Shown here piece by piece: positions 60,840-64,000 of a stretch of DNA of 64,000 bases. Each line of letters opens with the position of its first letter. Within the stretch, counting starts at the first letter, position 1. The stretch comes from Lingula anatina (Eukaryota; Animalia; Brachiopoda): NCBI GenBank assembly GCA_051362555.1, contig CM120644.1:21474534-21538533 (forward strand), in the 5' to 3' direction. The position numbers and the translations under genes were made by a program. A model generated the notes under the pieces. It searched no databases. It was not told the origin of the DNA and saw only the letters and a program-made list of their open reading frames with translations.

Positions 60840-62767
60840 CAAGTTGGCTATACGACAAACGCCAGACAACGTTGACATGGGTGCGGGCGCTGGCGAACAC
60901 GAATCTGATGTCTTTGCTGGGTGTGCGTCCAATCTCATCGCAGACGGTTGTTACGAGACTGAAATTAAATGAAAGACGAAATAAATTAAACAAAATCCAC
61001 GTGAGCGAAAAAATATGTAAGGATTCAATGAAGTGAAATATAATCTTTACACCGACCCTTTTTGGTACGTATTAAGAGATATAAAAGTTATTTTATATAT
61101 ATATAAGAATAGATATATACTCGGTATATTGAACCTACACGTTCTATACAATGACATAGTTTATAACGACATTATTATTATTGCATGCCCTGTACACACT
61201 GTTACACATCAACATACTAATCTTTATATTTTTCTATCTAAGCTAAGCCATATCCCTCCACGGGGAGTATTGTGATGGAGACTACATATTTGCCCACATA
61301 GATAATTTTATCATAAAAACAGAAAACTGGCAGTACAATCACGCTGCTCTGTATACCAACTATTACAAAAGATATCAGTGTTTGGACTTTATATATTTGC
61401 GGAATTAAAAGTAGATAAACGTAAACATTTTACAGAAAGCCTAGTTTTGATAAAGATAACTCTGGATTTTGTAAATGCGGGGATCAGGGTTACAATGTAG
61501 TAATATAAAATTGTTTCGGTTCCGTAGGATAACATAAACACTGGTCAATGACAATTAACATGTGGTTTACAGAGCACAAGGATGCAGAAAGTGTTTGTTT
61601 TTTCTCTTGTTTTATTTATCCATTATATTGCTTATTTTGTGAGTAGTCTGACATAAATTCAGAATTTGCTACATGTAATTATTAAAACCACTTCACTTTT
61701 ATAGACAGAAAAATAATGATTTTACCAATTAATTTATTCCAATTCATCCACTTAATTAATTTCGTAATCCGAACACTAGCATTTTAGCTCAATTTCTTTT
61801 AAAATCAGATACTTTGTTCGAGCATTTTATTCCAGATTGTAATATCAAGGATGGAATGAAATTGAATTATGAAAATTGAAGTCAAGGGAGGTCGACAGTG
61901 TCTAGCAAATGTACGTTTGCTTTCCTGGTCGAACTAAGTTCTCTAGAAAACCACTGGTTTGTTGTCAGTCAACTTTAATAATCAGGATAAATTTGCACAA
62001 GCCGCTGTCGTAAGATAAAAAAGGCACCTATTAGGAGCTGAGAATGTACCGATAGTTACCTGCTTTGTCGCCTTGCTTTGTTTAAGACGGAATAACGCGT
62101 TCAGACATTTGGACGGCTGGGATAATCTTCTCACTTCTTTATGAGCAAATACTTTCCTTCTGGAAAAAGCAACATACAAAGTTATTTAACTTTTCAAGCT
62201 CATTTCGGCATTCCTGTCAATGAAATATACCCAAGAACAATTACCCCAGAAGTGGGAAATGCAAACTTTTTGATAAAATATCGTCAACATAAAGCGATCA
62301 GTGTTGCCTTATATCATCTATACAGTACTTACAACAAACTACATCAGTTCTCAGTGCCAGAATTTCAGTCTACGTGTGGAAATTGTGACAATGTGGCATA
62401 TGAGACTTCTTCCTCTTCCTTCTGACCTTGGTCTTATCTGAATACCTCTCACCAAAATGCTCACCTGGTTACATAACAGTATTACTGTCGTGGGATTGTG
62501 TTAGAGAAGACACATTGCTGTTTTCCTTAAATCTAAAACGCTACCATCAGGTTATTATACAAACAAGCCATTTTGTTTTGCCCATAGACTTTCATCCCAA
62601 ATGAATGAGGTTATTGTTATTATTATCATTCCCAATTAAAACATGAATTAGACTGTTTTAAGACTAGAAGAACTACAAGACACAAAACTATAGACATAAA
62701 ATTTTTGCACTCTGAACATGACCAAACGCTTACCAAATCAACAGAGTGCCTAGGAGGCAGAATATTA

Positions 62768-63032
62768 GGCACCATTCAGAATATATGATCCCAGTACTAA
62801 CTGATCCGCCGACTAAATATGGCCGACCCCACTTCAAAAGATCTAGAGATGGCGTTGATTCCTAATGATCTCCCCGCCTCCACAAGCGCCATAAAATGGA
62901 TCAAATCTCGGCTCCGACGCGTGTGGAGGCGGGGAGACCATTGAGAATCAGCGGCACATCTTTTGAAGTGTGGTCGGCCATATTTAGTCGGCGGATCAGT
63001 TAGTACTCGGATCATCTGTTTTGAATGGGGCC
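62768..63032. mobile_element. fold-back MITE (GGC...GCC termini, TA/TWA flanks)
   Basis: The arms pair over about 120 bp, including a perfect AGTACTAACTGATCCGCCGACTAAATATGGCCGACC stretch. Ends are TTA|GGCACCATTC ... GAATGGGGCC|TAA. Confidence 0.88.
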
Positions 63033-63642
63033 TAAGTGAGGAGTGAGGGTAACCACTGAGAAAATAACAATAACGAAGGGGGGGTCGACAAAAAATTACG
63101 CGCATGAAGCTGTGCATTAATTGACTGGTGTCTCGGCCCTCGGATATAAACCGCGCAGCAAAGACGTTCTTGTTTGTCTGAATTTCAATATGTCACCAGT
63201 AAGGATAAATGTGTATCAATCTGTATGAATGTAAAGTATTATGCACAAACGCGAAAACGACTATGAATTTTTGTTTTCATCATTCATTACATCCAGATAT
63301 TTTTCTTTGTGAATACATTTTAATCAATTACAGGTTCTTAGCTCAGACGTTCTTAGCTCCTCAAGTTCACCTTTGCCAGTTTTGTTAATTGCCGCTGCTA
63401 ACGCGTTCCTTGAAAGTGTTAACTTTTAGGTGACTTCCGTTTTAATCAAAATCTCCAAATATCTTTTCAATTCAGAGCTTAATGATTTTAGATTATATTT
63501 GCTTTGCATTTATACCTCTCTATATAAGGAGCTCTTCCAGTTTTTCCTCCAAATTTGTGGTTTGATATTTTGAAATGAAACCCCAAAATTTAAAGTTGTT
63601 TTGCTAAAACTGAAGTAGAAGCAGTCTACAATCGTCTGTATT

Positions 63643-63920
63643 GGTAGATCTTAGTTATTTAATTTATATGTAAAATATGGCTATGGTTTATTGTCAGATC
63701 AGTTTAACTTCTAGGTTCAAGTCAGAAGATCATATATTTATGCTGATTTCTCTTAAAAAACGAGCTAAAAATAGGTATGCCACCTGCCAAAATTAGTTCT
63801 TGAACAAAGAAGCCATGGTAGATCGTAATTCATTATTTAAGTTACATGTAAAATATGGCCATAATTTATTGTCAGATCAGTTTTGCTTCCAGGTTAAAGT
63901 CAGCAGATCATATATTATTG
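63643..63920. repeat. ~174-bp degenerate tandem repeat
   Basis: GGTAGATC...TGTAAAATATGGC...TTTATTGTCAGATCAGTTT occurs at 63643 and 63817. Confidence 0.8.
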
Positions 63921-64000
63921 GTCATTTCTATTAAACTAGACAGAAAAGCTGGCAAATATACAGACACCATACAGGAAACAAAGCAGCAAAGCTGACAAAC

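Noticed and set aside
62797-63117. 106-aa ORF
   Set aside because: It runs through a GC-rich palindromic MITE, where open frames are expected by chance.

Overview
This is an AT-rich eukaryotic window, most likely from a marine invertebrate animal. It is dominated by decayed transposable elements, and I found no intact protein-coding gene. Retroelement remnants: three Gypsy pol pieces, a solo LTR with a perfect 5-bp TSD, and L1/Tx1 and CR1/L2-type LINE pieces. DNA-transposon remnants: pogo, Mutator-like, Harbinger and Ginger1-like transposases, an ISL2EU-type THAP plus SAP/YqaJ element that retains both ends, Helentron-type non-autonomous elements, and many MITEs with readable TSDs. Other content: a small tandem tRNA-Gly(GCC) array (one intact, one acceptor-stem mutant and one truncated copy) with a 2.75-kb TIR element inserted just upstream of one gene, an 85-bp minisatellite, and a 3.4-kb higher-order 60-bp satellite grown from the 3' end of a Gypsy element. 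The most unusual signals are an orphan replication-dependent-histone 3' end (stem-loop plus downstream element) at about 30.8 kb, and apparent transposon excision footprints visible by comparing paralogous copies. All family assignments come from manual translation and recalled motifs, not database searches, and the boundaries of decayed fragments are approximate.
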